Shown: positions 39,348 through 50,300, counted from the first letter of the stretch. The stretch: DNA of 64,000 nucleotides from an uncultured cyanobacterium (GCA_963718615.1 OY970368.1:5888001-5952000), one strand, 5' to 3'. Notes: generated by a model not told the origin, from the letters alone. Numbers and translations are program-made.

Positions 39348-41393
39348 ATGAACTTTTTGCAGGATTTAGACCAGGTGGCGATCGCCCGCCAAAAGGCCGT
39401 AACTCATCTGGGCCAGATCATCCATCTTCTGAGCGAGTCTGAAACTGCCGAGCCAGGTCGATCGGGGGCGCTAGAGCTGAGCCAAGCGGTGGAAACCCTC
39501 AAAACCACCCGGCAAAACCTGGAAATGGGGGTGTTTCGGCTGTTGGTCCTGGGGGATCTGAAGCGGGGGAAAAGTACGCTGCTGAATGCCCTCTTGGGCG
39601 ATCGCCTCCTGCCCAGTGATGTGACGCCTTGCACGGCGGTCCTGACGGTGGTCAAGTATGGGCCGCAAAAGCAGGTGACGGTGTATTTTGTGGGCGATCG
39701 CCCCCCGCAAACCCTGAGTTTTGACGCCTTTCGCGAAACCTACACGATTTCCCCCGACGAAACCAAACGGCTGGAAGCGGAGCAACAATTGGCCTTTCCA
39801 CAGGTCAGCCATGCGGTCGTCGAGCATCCGCTGCCGCTGCTGCAATCGGGAATTGAGCTGATCGACACACCGGGGCTGAACGACACCGAAGCCCGCAATC
39901 GTCAGGTCTTGGACTATCTCAACAGTTGCCATGCAGTTCTGTTTGTGCTCAGCGCCTCCCAGCCCTGCACGCTAGAGGAGCGGCGGTATTTGCAAAACTA
40001 TTTGCTCAATCGGGGGTTGACGGTCTTTTTCCTAATCAATGGCTGGGACCGGATTCGGGACGGGTTGGTGGATCCAGAAGACGCCAATGCAGTTGCTGAG
40101 GCAGAAGCGAAGGTTCGACAGGTGTTTCAGGCCGGTTTGGGTGATGCGGTGACGACGGAGGCGTATGGCGATCGCGTCTTCGAAATTTCGGCGCTGCAAG
40201 CCCTGCGCCAGAAGCTCAAGCATCCCGAAGCAACCCTGGAAGGCACGGGACTGGATCGGTTTTTGGCGACGTTGGGGCAATATTTAGCTCGCGATCGCGC
40301 TCCAGCGGAACTCCAGCGCGTCCAAGCCCTGGCCCAGCAAACCCATCAGCGGGTGCGGGAGGCGATCGAACGGCGGATTCCCCTGTTGGAACAAAGCCAG
40401 ATGGAATTGGAGGCCAACATTGCGTCGATCCAGTCGGAATTTGACCAGTTGGCGGCAATTCGGGACCAGTTTGGCCAATTGATTCAGCGCACCCGAGAGG
40501 AACAGGCGGGGGCGATCGCCGAGTCATTTAAAACCTATATTCTCAAACTGGAACTGACGTTTGAAGAGGACTTTGTCGCCTCCCAGCCAGACCTAGAATT
40601 TCTGCAATTTATCCAAAAGGAAAATCGCGCTAAGTTTCACCGCCAGTTTCGCCAAGCCTTCGAACGCTACATGAACGATCGCCTGGTGGCCTGGGAATTC
40701 ATGGCAAAACAGAACCTCGGCAAAAGTTTTGATCAGCTCCAGGAAGAGGCTAAGGTCTATGCAGATGCCTATGCAAAAGTGATTGATGTCATGAATCAGA
40801 AGCTGTTGGGCGATCGCTTTACCCTCTTCGAGCAACAGTACAAGTCGGAGGAGGGACAGGCTTGGTTGGATGCGATCGCAGAGATTTTCGAAGCCCTGCC
40901 GGATCAGCTTAACCAAAGCATCCGGCCCTTCAATCAGTTTTGGCAGCAGGTCTTGCTCTATGCCTGTATCTACGCAGCGGTGAATATTGCCGTAATTTTA
41001 GTCGGTATTGTTTTCAGCAGTTTGTTCCTCAGCATTGTGGCGGCGTTAGCTGTAGGAGCAGGGGTTGTGGGAGCGCAGGCAGAAGTTGTGCGGCAAACTT
41101 TTCTTAAGAAAACCAAGGAAGAGTTCGTCAAATGTTTGCCTCAAATTGCCGATGAGCAACAGCCGCTGATTCGTCGTGCAGTCCAGCGATGCTTTGACAA
41201 CTACGAAGCGGAGGTGACAGAACGGATCAATGGCGACATTGGCCGACGCCGCGCCGAGCTCAACAATCTGCTCAAGCAAAAGGAATCGACAGCGGTGAAT
41301 CAGGGGCAAGAGGTTCAGCGATTGCGGCAGTTGGAGCAGAGCCTAACGGAGCAAGTGCAGCAGCTTGGACAGGTTATCCCCCAGACTGATTGA
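39348..41393 (+). CDS. Bacterial dynamin-like protein
   Basis: G1 GDLKRGKST, LLP...PCTAV, G3 DTPG, G4 NGWD; long helical stalk and hydrophobic paddle. Confidence 0.9.
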   Translation: MNFLQDLDQVAIARQKAVTHLGQIIHLLSESETAEPGRSGALELSQAVETLKTTRQNLEMGVFRLLVLGDLKRGKSTLLNALLGDRLLPSDVTPCTAVLTVVKYGPQKQVTVYFVGDRPPQTLSFDAFRETYTISPDETKRLEAEQQLAFPQVSHAVVEHPLPLLQSGIELIDTPGLNDTEARNRQVLDYLNSCHAVLFVLSASQPCTLEERRYLQNYLLNRGLTVFFLINGWDRIRDGLVDPEDANAVAEAEAKVRQVFQAGLGDAVTTEAYGDRVFEISALQALRQKLKHPEATLEGTGLDRFLATLGQYLARDRAPAELQRVQALAQQTHQRVREAIERRIPLLEQSQMELEANIASIQSEFDQLAAIRDQFGQLIQRTREEQAGAIAESFKTYILKLELTFEEDFVASQPDLEFLQFIQKENRAKFHRQFRQAFERYMNDRLVAWEFMAKQNLGKSFDQLQEEAKVYADAYAKVIDVMNQKLLGDRFTLFEQQYKSEEGQAWLDAIAEIFEALPDQLNQSIRPFNQFWQQVLLYACIYAAVNIAVILVGIVFSSLFLSIVAALAVGAGVVGAQAEVVRQTFLKKTKEEFVKCLPQIADEQQPLIRRAVQRCFDNYEAEVTERINGDIGRRRAELNNLLKQKESTAVNQGQEVQRLRQLEQSLTEQVQQLGQVIPQTD

Positions 41394-41434
41394 CAGTCGG
41401 GTCTGACCTGCCATTGGGGGAGTCTGCTCCTGAT

Positions 41435-42169
41435 TTAGAGATCCTCAGGGCGAATGCCAAGTTCCAACAGCTTAGTCCGTAAACGAGCATTTTCTGTTTC
41501 TATGGTTTGTTGCGTTGCCGTCAAGGTCTGGTTTGCCTTGAGTAAGGCTTGATTGGCCTCGGATAGCTCGTCGGGGGTTAGGAGCTTTTCTCCGGTGTCC
41601 TCACGGTAAAACCGCAGCAAACCGTCTTCAACGACCAATCTTAACTGGAGGACTTCGCTGCGGCGATCGCCCACCACTTGGTAGCGCTCACCATCATGGC
41701 GGTAGCCCAACAAATGCTCCGCAATCCACTCCCCCTTGGGATCAAATTGCCAGTATTCTCGTACACCCAGTTGCTCATAAAGTAACTTTTTGAAGGTTTG
41801 ATCCTCATCCTGCGTTCCCTTCGAGGTGACTTCAAAAATAATGGCTGGGACTTCACCTTCCTCCCAAAGTTTGTAATGCTCCCGTCCACCAGGTAGCACA
41901 TCAAAAACCACCATGACATCTGGAGCTACACGCAATCTGGGGTAGCCTTGGGCATAGTAGAGAAATTGGTTGGAGAGGACGGTGCCGGGGTGATCCGGCG
42001 ATCGCGAAAACCGGCTCGATTCTGTGTTGAGATATTGTTTGAGAATCGAGAAGATCGTGATGATCGCCACTAAATGTACATAGGTCTCTGCCAACGGTTC
42101 ACCATCACTGCTGGGATAGACAATCTCAAGGGATTGGGGCGGCTGGGACTGAGCGCTCAGAATGGTCAT
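41435..42169 (-). CDS. Uma2 (DUF820) family endonuclease
   Basis: YPSSDGEPLAET..H, VAPDV, FEVTS, LGVREYWQFDP. Confidence 0.9.
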   Translation of the reverse strand: MTILSAQSQPPQSLEIVYPSSDGEPLAETYVHLVAIITIFSILKQYLNTESSRFSRSPDHPGTVLSNQFLYYAQGYPRLRVAPDVMVVFDVLPGGREHYKLWEEGEVPAIIFEVTSKGTQDEDQTFKKLLYEQLGVREYWQFDPKGEWIAEHLLGYRHDGERYQVVGDRRSEVLQLRLVVEDGLLRFYREDTGEKLLTPDELSEANQALLKANQTLTATQQTIETENARLRTKLLELGIRPEDL

Positions 42170-42241
42170 GCTCGCCTAGGGTTGAAAGGAGTAAGAAAGC
42201 TACTCTCTATGCTAAACGAAAGGTTGAGACTGCTTTTGATC

Positions 42242-42275
42242 AAAAAGCTGGGGACACTGCAATGCAATGTCCCCA
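42242..42275 (-). terminator. Putative intrinsic terminator of chlP
   Basis: Minus strand GGGGACATTGCA-T-TGCAGTGTCCCC hairpin followed by AGCTTTTT. Confidence 0.6.
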
Positions 42276-42320
42276 AGAAATTTTCTAGGTCAATCCATCA
42301 ATCCGTCAGTATGCCTGGGG

Positions 42321-43547
42321 CTAGGGAGCCAAAGCATTGCCGCGAATCAGACTGCCGATCGTCTTCGCCGTGATCTTGAGCTGCACCAGGGGATTGGCCG
42401 GAACCACCGTCTTATACAGATAGCTATCAAACGTTAGCTTCTGCACATCAATGTCTTCGCACATTTCCACGAAGGCTTCACGGGCGGCATCGGAGGTGTA
42501 GAACACCTTCTGGAGAATATCCAGCACCTTGTAAGTGGCCCCGTAGGTTTTGTCCCACTTCTTCAGGTAGGCCTTTTTCAAGCCTGCTTCCGTCGGGACC
42601 TTTGCGCCTGCTTCAGACAACGCGACGATCGCCTCCGCACACATCCGACCAGACTTGGCCGCGAAATAAATGCCCTCGCCAGAGCACTTCGTCACATAGC
42701 CTGCTGCATCACCCACCAGCGCCACGCGACCCACAACCCGGCGGGGACGGGGATGCTCGGGAATTGGGTGAGCTTCTACCTTGATGATTTCGCCACCTTC
42801 AATGCGGTGGGCTGCGCGTTTGCGAATGCCTGCTTGGAGCTTCTTGATATCGCGCTGGTTGACGCTCATGGTGCCAGTGCCAACGGCGACGTGGTCGTAT
42901 TTGGGGAAGACCCAGGCATAGAAATCTGTGGAAACATCGTCCCCCACATACATTTCGGCCCGCTCTTTGTAATACTCCATCTTGTCGTCGGGGATGCGGA
43001 TGCGCTCTTGGAAGGCGATCGCATAATTATAGTCCCCGGCATCGATGGCCTTGGCAACGCGGGAGTTGGCCCCATCCGCTCCAATCACCAGATCGACTTT
43101 CAGCGTCTTGGCTTCGCCTTGCAGCCCTTCGCCCGAGTGGTCCGCATAGTGCAGGACGTAGGGATCTTTGTCGTTCCCTGGAATTTCTAACTTGTGAACC
43201 GTGCCATTAATCAGATGAGCACCGAGCTCCGCCGCCCGGTTACGTAGGAACCCATCCAGGACTTCGCGGCGGCACATGCCAATGTACTCGTTGTCCTTGA
43301 GTGTATGACCGATGTCCACTTCCACATTGGACGGTGAAATCATCTTCATCTTCCGCACGCGGCGATCGATGATCTCCTGAGGTAAGTCAAACTCTTCCAC
43401 CATGCACAGCGGAATGGCACCACCGCAGGGCTTCGCGTTATCTAATTTGCGCTCGATTAAGTAGGTCTCAATCCCAGCTTTTACTAGGGTCTCAGCAGCG
43501 CAAGAGCCTGCTGGACCACCCCCTACAACAGCTACCCGTAGTGCCAA
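42321..43547 (-). CDS. chlP: Geranylgeranyl reductase
   Basis: VAVVGGGPAG, ERKLDNAKPCGGAIPLCMV, GDAAGYVTKCSGEGIYFAAKSGR. Confidence 0.98.
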   Translation of the reverse strand: MALRVAVVGGGPAGSCAAETLVKAGIETYLIERKLDNAKPCGGAIPLCMVEEFDLPQEIIDRRVRKMKMISPSNVEVDIGHTLKDNEYIGMCRREVLDGFLRNRAAELGAHLINGTVHKLEIPGNDKDPYVLHYADHSGEGLQGEAKTLKVDLVIGADGANSRVAKAIDAGDYNYAIAFQERIRIPDDKMEYYKERAEMYVGDDVSTDFYAWVFPKYDHVAVGTGTMSVNQRDIKKLQAGIRKRAAHRIEGGEIIKVEAHPIPEHPRPRRVVGRVALVGDAAGYVTKCSGEGIYFAAKSGRMCAEAIVALSEAGAKVPTEAGLKKAYLKKWDKTYGATYKVLDILQKVFYTSDAAREAFVEMCEDIDVQKLTFDSYLYKTVVPANPLVQLKITAKTIGSLIRGNALAP

Positions 43548-43721
43548 GGCCGTTCTCCAGATTACTGATGGCTACGAGGATGGATCCTATCATGGTCGTT
43601 GGAGGGGCTGATCCTGTGGTCTCGGTCTATGTGACTGAACTGAAATGGAGCGTAATTTTTTGAAATATTTTGTGAACTATGCCGTTAAATGCGTGAATCA
43701 GGTGCATGGCTTGAGACGCTT

Positions 43722-44468
43722 TTAGGCTTGCGATGCTTGACCGAAGCGCTCACGCCGTTTTTTGAGCACACTGACCCCAAAACCGATCAGCCCTGGTAGC
43801 AATGCCGGTGTTGGCACTGAGGTGGGAGGGACTGTTTGAATTTGGGCTGTGAATTGGGTGGAGTCACTCAGATCATTGCCTTCAGGGTTAATGGCAAAAT
43901 CCAAAACACTGCCGACTGCCAAGGTCTGCTGTAATGAGTAGTTAAAGACGGTGAAATTATTGGTGGCCTGCTCGTAGATCTTTGCGCCATCTAGAAAGAT
44001 ATAGCCGATGGTGCCGTCATTCGATTGCGAGTTGATGTCGCCAAAGCGTCCAGAGATCGTCACGTCGCCTGCAAAATCGCTGACCCAACGCCGCACGGCC
44101 CAATGGTTTTCTGTATCCGGGAATGTGGCGGGGTGACCCATGACATTGTTCAGCATCGTCCAAGTGTATTGGGTTGACGGGTCGTATTGAGTCTCATTAG
44201 GCTGATCGATGGTTTCTTCCCAGAACTGTCCGCTGTCAAAATATTTCATTTCCTGGAAAGTCGAGGTCGGGATCGAACTAAAGGCTGTTTGGTTTTTAGG
44301 GATTTCGTAGTAGCCGTAGTACCAGCCATCTTGACCCTGTTGATCTGAAAAATCTTGTACAGAATCTGCAATTACAGCTGCTTGCACAGACTGGGGTGGG
44401 AGGGCGATCGCCCCACAAAATAAGCCCATTGCCAGAGGAATTGTCCTAAACATGCTAAGCTTAACCAT
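43722..44468 (-). CDS. PTPA-CTERM (PEP-CTERM-type) sorted surface protein; ORF track start 44567
   Basis: Signal peptide ending QSVQAA; C-terminal VPTPALLPGLIGFGVSVLKKRR. Confidence 0.85.
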   Translation of the reverse strand: MVKLSMFRTIPLAMGLFCGAIALPPQSVQAAVIADSVQDFSDQQGQDGWYYGYYEIPKNQTAFSSIPTSTFQEMKYFDSGQFWEETIDQPNETQYDPSTQYTWTMLNNVMGHPATFPDTENHWAVRRWVSDFAGDVTISGRFGDINSQSNDGTIGYIFLDGAKIYEQATNNFTVFNYSLQQTLAVGSVLDFAINPEGNDLSDSTQFTAQIQTVPPTSVPTPALLPGLIGFGVSVLKKRRERFGQASQA

Positions 44469-44818
44469 AATATCCACCGACTTCAACACAGAGATACAAC
44501 AGGTGGTAGATTCTGATTTTGATCCTGACTTGGCCGCAATAGAGACGTGTGCGCAGATTGAGTTCACTGACTGTACTCAATATTACTTTTCCCAGAATGA
44601 ATCTAGCGATCGCACCTCTAGGGTTTATCAAAGTTTTATCGAACGAGCCAGAATTATCTCGATTCCTCGCGGTTCCTCCCCTAGGACTGTTACGTTTCGA
44701 TAGATTGCTTAATCTTGTAAGAGGTTTTAGGCCAATTGGCTACGCGCAATGGCTGAAGCTAGGAGGGAGAGGCTGGGGCGATCGCCTATGGGCTAGTCGT
44801 GAACGTCGTCTTTCTCGA

Positions 44819-45080
44819 TTAGCGGGTAACAATCTCTCCTCTCCACAGGTACTGGCTTAATTGCTGACCGACTCGGCGTTCTTCTTCTGGGTGCTTGGGT
44901 AATTGCCAGCGCAGGGCATCGTAGAGGAGATGACGGTAGAGGTCGAAGCTGGCTTCGAGGAGGTCGCTGTAGGTAGTGGTAGTGGCGATCGCCCAACGAT
45001 AGGCAAACAAGGCAGAAGATAATCCTAGTGGTATGACCAACAAATCTCAAGATTTGCCCCCCATGGCCCAAATTCCTCGG
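44819..45080 (-). pseudogene. Orphan 3' fragment paralogous to the C-terminus of the upstream membrane protein
   Basis: FAYRWAIA...YLWRG matches the upstream gene at 37/57 residues by manual alignment; in-frame TGA just before 45043. Confidence 0.75.
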
Positions 45081-45086
45081 AATCAG

Positions 45087-46098
45087 TCAGTTCAGATAGC
45101 TTATGAAGCCGGATTGTAGGTATCGGGTCAGGTCTTGACCCACTCGGCGTTCAATGGTTGGGTCGGGAGGGAGAGTCCAGCGGAGGGCTTGGTAGAGCAG
45201 GTGGCGATGGAGGTCGAAGGTGGCTTCGATTAGTTCGCCGTAGAGGCTGGCAGCGGCGATCGCCCAGCGGTAAGCAAACCAAGCTGAGAGTAGGCCCAGC
45301 AACAAAGGCCAGGTCGCTAAAGGCGTTTGGGCAAGGGCGGCCCAGCCGCAGAAGAGGAGGCTCCACAACCAGACGCGGACGGCAGTGTTGAGGTCGGCGC
45401 GGGCTTCTTGGAGGTCTTTTTTGACGGGGTCGGGCAGGAGCATCCAGAAGGCGAGACCAGCAAATGATGGCGTCGAGGCCATATTTGTGGAGGGGTTGGC
45501 GCTCGGCGGCGCGGAGCAGGTTGCCGAGGCGGGTGGGCATGAGGTCGGTGTTGGTTTGGGGCAGGGCTCGCAGTTCTTGCCGGATGCGGATTAGGGTTTG
45601 TTGTTGCTGGGGGGTGAGGAGGTGCTCGTTGAGTTGGAGATAGTCGGTGCGTTGGGCGGGGGTGAGCTGGGCTGCACCTTGGGTTTCGATGATCGTTTTT
45701 AGGGTTTGGAGTTTTGTGCGTTGTTGGGCTTCGAGGCTGCGGAGGGTTTGGCTGTCTTTGCTGAGTTGGGTTTTGCGATCGCGATACTGCCGAATTCGCC
45801 ATTGTTTAAGCGGACGGATCCAGAGGGGGCCGTAGCCTTCGAGGAAGCGCAGGGTGGCGAAGTCGAAGCGTTGGACAATGAAGGCGGAGGTGGCGATCGC
45901 GCAAAAGACACCGACAAGCAAGGCGGTTTGCAGGGGGTTGGGATATTGGCTGAATTGTGCGATGAGGGGTTTCCAGCCCCAGCGTTGCAGGATGGCGGCG
46001 AAGCCCCCGAGCCAGAAGACAAAGGCGGGGGTGAGTAGGGTGGCGACCCATTGTTCGGCGAGTTTACCGCCAAAGCTTTCGAGGACTTTTGCGGTCAT
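45087..46098 (-). pseudogene. Multi-TM protein (~336 aa reconstructed), split by a +1 frameshift near 45448
   Basis: Minus strand TGG TCT CGC CTT C TGG ATG CTC; removing one base joins ...KYGLDAIICWSRL to WMLLPDPVKKDL... (ORFs 45151-46098 and 45087-45482). Confidence 0.8.
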
Positions 46099-46107
46099 GG
46101 ATGCACC

Positions 46108-46503
46108 TTAGGACTGGGCGGGAACGAGGGGAACGAGATGGGTGGGGCAGAGAGGGATGGGCTCATTCCCTTCCCGATACCAAGTGTAGTCATCGCCGAT
46201 CGGGCAAACATATTTCGTTGCAGGTTGGAGTGCTTCGTTGCCAGCGAGACGAGAATCGCCGAGGGAACGTGTAATCTGGTCTGGATTTTCCCCCTTGAGA
46301 TAGCGCTTCATCCAGGCTCGGGTGGACTCGAATTGCCGCAGTTCTTCGGTTATTAAAAGTTCAACTGATTGTCCAGGTTTTGTTTGGGTGAGTAGGATTT
46401 GTAATCGTTGATCAACCTGTTCCGCAGTTGCCGAGTCGAGTAATGTTGACAGCTCAGAACGAATCGCATGGGCAGCGTCAGTGATGGTTCTGGGTTGAGT
46501 CAT
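46108..46503 (-). CDS. Small helical protein with C-terminal putative Zn-binding motif
   Basis: YVCPIGDDYTWYREGNEPIPLCPTH; 9 nt upstream of the membrane gene start. Confidence 0.75.
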   Translation of the reverse strand: MTQPRTITDAAHAIRSELSTLLDSATAEQVDQRLQILLTQTKPGQSVELLITEELRQFESTRAWMKRYLKGENPDQITRSLGDSRLAGNEALQPATKYVCPIGDDYTWYREGNEPIPLCPTHLVPLVPAQS

Positions 46504-46557
46504 GTTGGGTTACCTGGGGTGCAAAGGATGGCTCAGGGGCAGGCAGATTCGATCAGG

Positions 46558-46983
46558 TTATTGCCAGGGGTTGAGCAGGCTTAGTCCCGTGGTGCTGAAG
46601 TCTGATACGTTACGGGTTACAAGGATTATTCTATGCCGTAGGGCGACAGCGGCGATGAGAGAGTCCATTACCGCCATGGGGGTTCCTTGCTGTCGTTGTT
46701 GGGCTGTCATCTGTCCCCAAATTAAAAATACGTCGCTATCTAGGGGCAGAATTCGGTTGGCAAATTGATGAAAGAGGGATTCGTTGAGCCAGATCTCTAG
46801 CTCGGTGCGTCGATTGGATGGGGGGCGGTTATTGATGCCGAACTGGATTTCGCCAATGGTGACAGCACTGAGGAAGACTTGCTCCGGATCTGTGCGGTTG
46901 AGCCAATCGATGACTTTGGGTTCGGGCTGGGGTTTGACGAATTCGGAAATGACGCAGGTATCGAGGAGGTATTGCAGGGTCAT
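46558..46983 (-). CDS. vapC: VapC-type PIN domain toxin
   Basis: YLLDTCVISE, SAVTIGEI, DSLIAAVA, LVTRNVSDF, NPW. Confidence 0.92.
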   Translation of the reverse strand: MTLQYLLDTCVISEFVKPQPEPKVIDWLNRTDPEQVFLSAVTIGEIQFGINNRPPSNRRTELEIWLNESLFHQFANRILPLDSDVFLIWGQMTAQQRQQGTPMAVMDSLIAAVALRHRIILVTRNVSDFSTTGLSLLNPWQ

Positions 46984-47231
46984 AGCTCAATCGGACGGAG
47001 GCTGGTGCTGGGATTGCGGTCCAGGTTTAGTCCACTATCGCGCAGCGGGGAAGCGAGGAAGAAGTCTCCGAGGCGCTGTTGGGGGGCGGTGAGTTTTTTG
47101 TATTTGGCGAAGGGCATGACCACGGCGATTTCGACGCCATGGCGGGTGATGATTTGGGGGCCTTCGGAGAGTGCCCGATCGATTAGCTCAGAGAGTTTGT
47201 TTTTGGCTTCTTGGAGTTGCCAGGAGGTCAT
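46980..47231 (-). CDS. Phd/YefM family antitoxin
   Basis: WQLQEAKNKLSELIDRA..EGPQIITRHG; 4-nt overlap with the toxin. Confidence 0.92.
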   Translation of the reverse strand: MTSWQLQEAKNKLSELIDRALSEGPQIITRHGVEIAVVMPFAKYKKLTAPQQRLGDFFLASPLRDSGLNLDRNPSTSLRPIEL

Positions 47232-47305
47232 GGTGGTTGGGAGATTCCAGCTAGACTGTCTAGATTATAGTCGGAGCTGTTCGGGTTTTGGGGGGACGGG
47301 AGGGG

Positions 47306-50300
47306 CTAGATGCCGGTGTAGCTGAAGGCTGCCCAGTGGAAGGGGTGGGCGTAGGTGCGATCGCTGGGGTCTTCCCAGGCGAGTTTGTTGTAGAGGTCGC
47401 GGGCGATCGCCTCTGGGAGGCCGAGGAAGCGATCGCGGGGGGCTTGGGGAGGAGGGCTGTCGGGGAATTCTGGGAGTACGGCTTTTAGTGCCTGGATTTT
47501 TTCAGCGTTGGTGGTGTCGCGGAGCCAGATTTGGGCTTGGCGCAGGGCTTGGTCGGGTTCAAGCTGGTGGCTGCGCCAGAGGTCGTAGAATTTGGTGAGC
47601 AGGAGCATGGTGCTGAGGTCGCTGACGGCCCAGAGGGAGGCGATGACGGCGGCGACTCCGGCTTGGAGGAGGCCGGTGGGGAGGCTGATGGCTTCGTCGG
47701 CGTTTTCGGTGCCGATCATGCCGGTTTCGCAGGCGGAGAGGATGGCGAGGCGGAGGCCGCTGTTGCCCTTTTCGGTATCGGCGAGGTTGAGGGCGAAGAT
47801 GTCTTTGAGGGTGAGGAGGCCGTCGCTCATGAGCAGGCCGCTTTGGAGGGGTTCGCGCAGGTTGGCGGTGCCGTGGCAGGCGAAGTGGGCGATCGCCACG
47901 TTGGTCAGTTGCGATCGCACCTGTTCTACGGTGGCTTGGTCATGACGAAGGACGGTGGAATTCTGGAAGGTGGCGATCGCGGCTTGTACTTCGCGTTCTG
48001 AGCTAGGCAGGTCTTGTTTGGGGTTGTCGATGGCTAGGATCGAATTAGCCTGGACGCGATCGGCAATGGCTTTTGCGGCGGTAAGGGATTTGGCGTTGGG
48101 GGCGTAGGTGATCTGGAGGTGGTCGAGGGCGTAGCGGCGGCCTGTGGGTTGGGTTTTGTCTGGGGTCCAGGCGGCGTGGAGGGGGAGGAGGCTGATGTAG
48201 CCGGTGGGGATGAGGGTGGTGCGATCGAATCCGAGGTCTTTGAGCTGCTGAACCATTGGCCCGATTAGGGGTTCCCAGATTTGCTGGGTGATGGCGTCGA
48301 TTATGTTGTGCCAGGTTTGGCGATCGTTGCTGGCGTTGTTGTAGGCGGCGAACCAGGTTTGGATGAGGTCGGTGAGTTGGGTGTCGGTGAAGTCGTTGAG
48401 CCAGATTGGATAGATGTCGTTGGGGGTGACGACGAGGGCGAGGCTGCCTGCGGGGGTGGTGAGGAGGTAGGTGAGGGGGGTGTCTGGGGTGACGGCTTTT
48501 TGAACGTCTTCGAGTGTGGGGAGGGTGAGGAAGGTTTCGTAGCCGGGTTGTTGGCGGATTTGGTCGATGGTTTCGGTGAGTTCTTGGCGGAGGCGGGTGG
48601 CTTCGTTGCGGAGGGTTTCGGGGGTGATGCTGTGGCGATCGACGCTGGTCATGCGATCGCGCTGTTGGGCTTCGAGGTTGCGGAGTTGTTGGGTGATGGT
48701 TTGGTATTGAATGTAGGGATCTGGAGCTAGAGTTTGCAGTTGGGTGAGGTTGGCGCGATCGCGATCGAGGCTTTCACTGAGTCCACGGGCGCGACCTTGC
48801 TCTAGGGCGAGGACGGCTTTGGATAAATTTCTTGTGCGAGCGAAGGCATAGGCGGCACGGTGGGGAAGATTGGCGGTCTCGGATAGTGAGGCAGATTTGC
48901 TGTCGAGGAGGGTGGCGCTTTGATAGAGACTTTCTGCGGCGGTAAGTGCTTGGTCATAAATAGGAACGGCTTCTGACCAGCGTTGCTGATCGCTGTAGAG
49001 ATTGGCTAGACTGCGAGCGGTTATTCGACATTCATAGGAGAATCGTGTTGGTTCAAAGATGGTCAGGCTAGCGCAGTAATTGGCGATTGCTTGTTCAATA
49101 TTCTTCGCACGATCGCCTTCGATGCGGAAATAGTATGCAACTGCCAGATTCATGGTGGTTTGTGCCCACTCGAACGGCATGGCGGTTTGCGTCCTCACGG
49201 TCAAGGCTCGCTTATATGCGGCGATCATTTGTTCAATGTTCTCGGCGTGATCGCCTTCGATTCGGGAATAGTATGCACTTGCCAGGCCCATGGTGGTTTG
49301 TGCCCACTCGATCGGCATCGCCGCTTCCGTCCTCACCGTCAAGGCTTGCTCGTAGGCTTTGATCGCCTGTTCGATATTCTCCGCGCGATCGCCTTTAATA
49401 CGGTCAGCGTATGAATTTGCCAGGTTCATGGTGGCTTGTGCCCACTCGAACGGCATGGCGGTTTGCGTCATCACCAACAAGGCTTGCTCGTAGTAGGCAA
49501 TTGCTTGTTCAATATTCTTGGCGCGATCGCCTTTGATGCGTTGTTTGTATACAGCTGCCAGATTCATGGTGGTTTCTGCCCACTCGATCGGCATGGCCGC
49601 TTCCGTCCTCACGGTCAAGGCTTGCCCGTAGGCTTTGATCGCCTGTTCGATATTCTCCGCGCGATCGCCTTTAATACGGTCAGCGTATGAATTTGCCAGG
49701 TTCATGGTGGCTTGTGCCCACTCGAACGGCATGGCGGTTTGCGTCATCACCAACAAGGCTTGCTCATGGAAGGCGATCGCTCGTTCAATATTCTCGGCGC
49801 GATCACCTTTAATGCGGTTATTGTATGCAAGTGCCAGATTCATGGTGGTTCGTGCCCACTCAATCGGCATGGCGGTTCGTGTCATCACGGTCAATGCTTG
49901 CTGGTAGAAGGCGATCGCTTGTTCAATATTCTCGGTGCGATCGCCTTTAATGCGGTTATTGTATGCAAGTGCCAGATTCATGGTGGTTCGTGCCCAATCG
50001 AACGGCATGGCGGTTTGCGTCGTCACCAACAAGGCTTGCTCGTAGAAAGCGATCGCTCGTTCAATGTTCTTGGAGCGATCGCCTTTGATGCGGTTATTGT
50101 ATACATTTGCCAGACCCATGGTGGTTTGTGCCCATTCGATCGGCATTGCGGTTTGCGTCCTCACCCTCAATGCTTGCTCGTAGAAGGCGATCGCTTGTTC
50201 CATATTCTCGGAGCGATCGCCTTTGATGCGGTTCTTGTATGCGGTTGCCAAGTTATTGGTGGTTTGTGCCCACTCGATCGGCATTGCGGTTTGCGTCATC

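Noticed and set aside
45151-45447. Pro/Arg-rich C-terminus of the 315-aa ORF
   Set aside because: Out-of-frame read-through after the +1 frameshift
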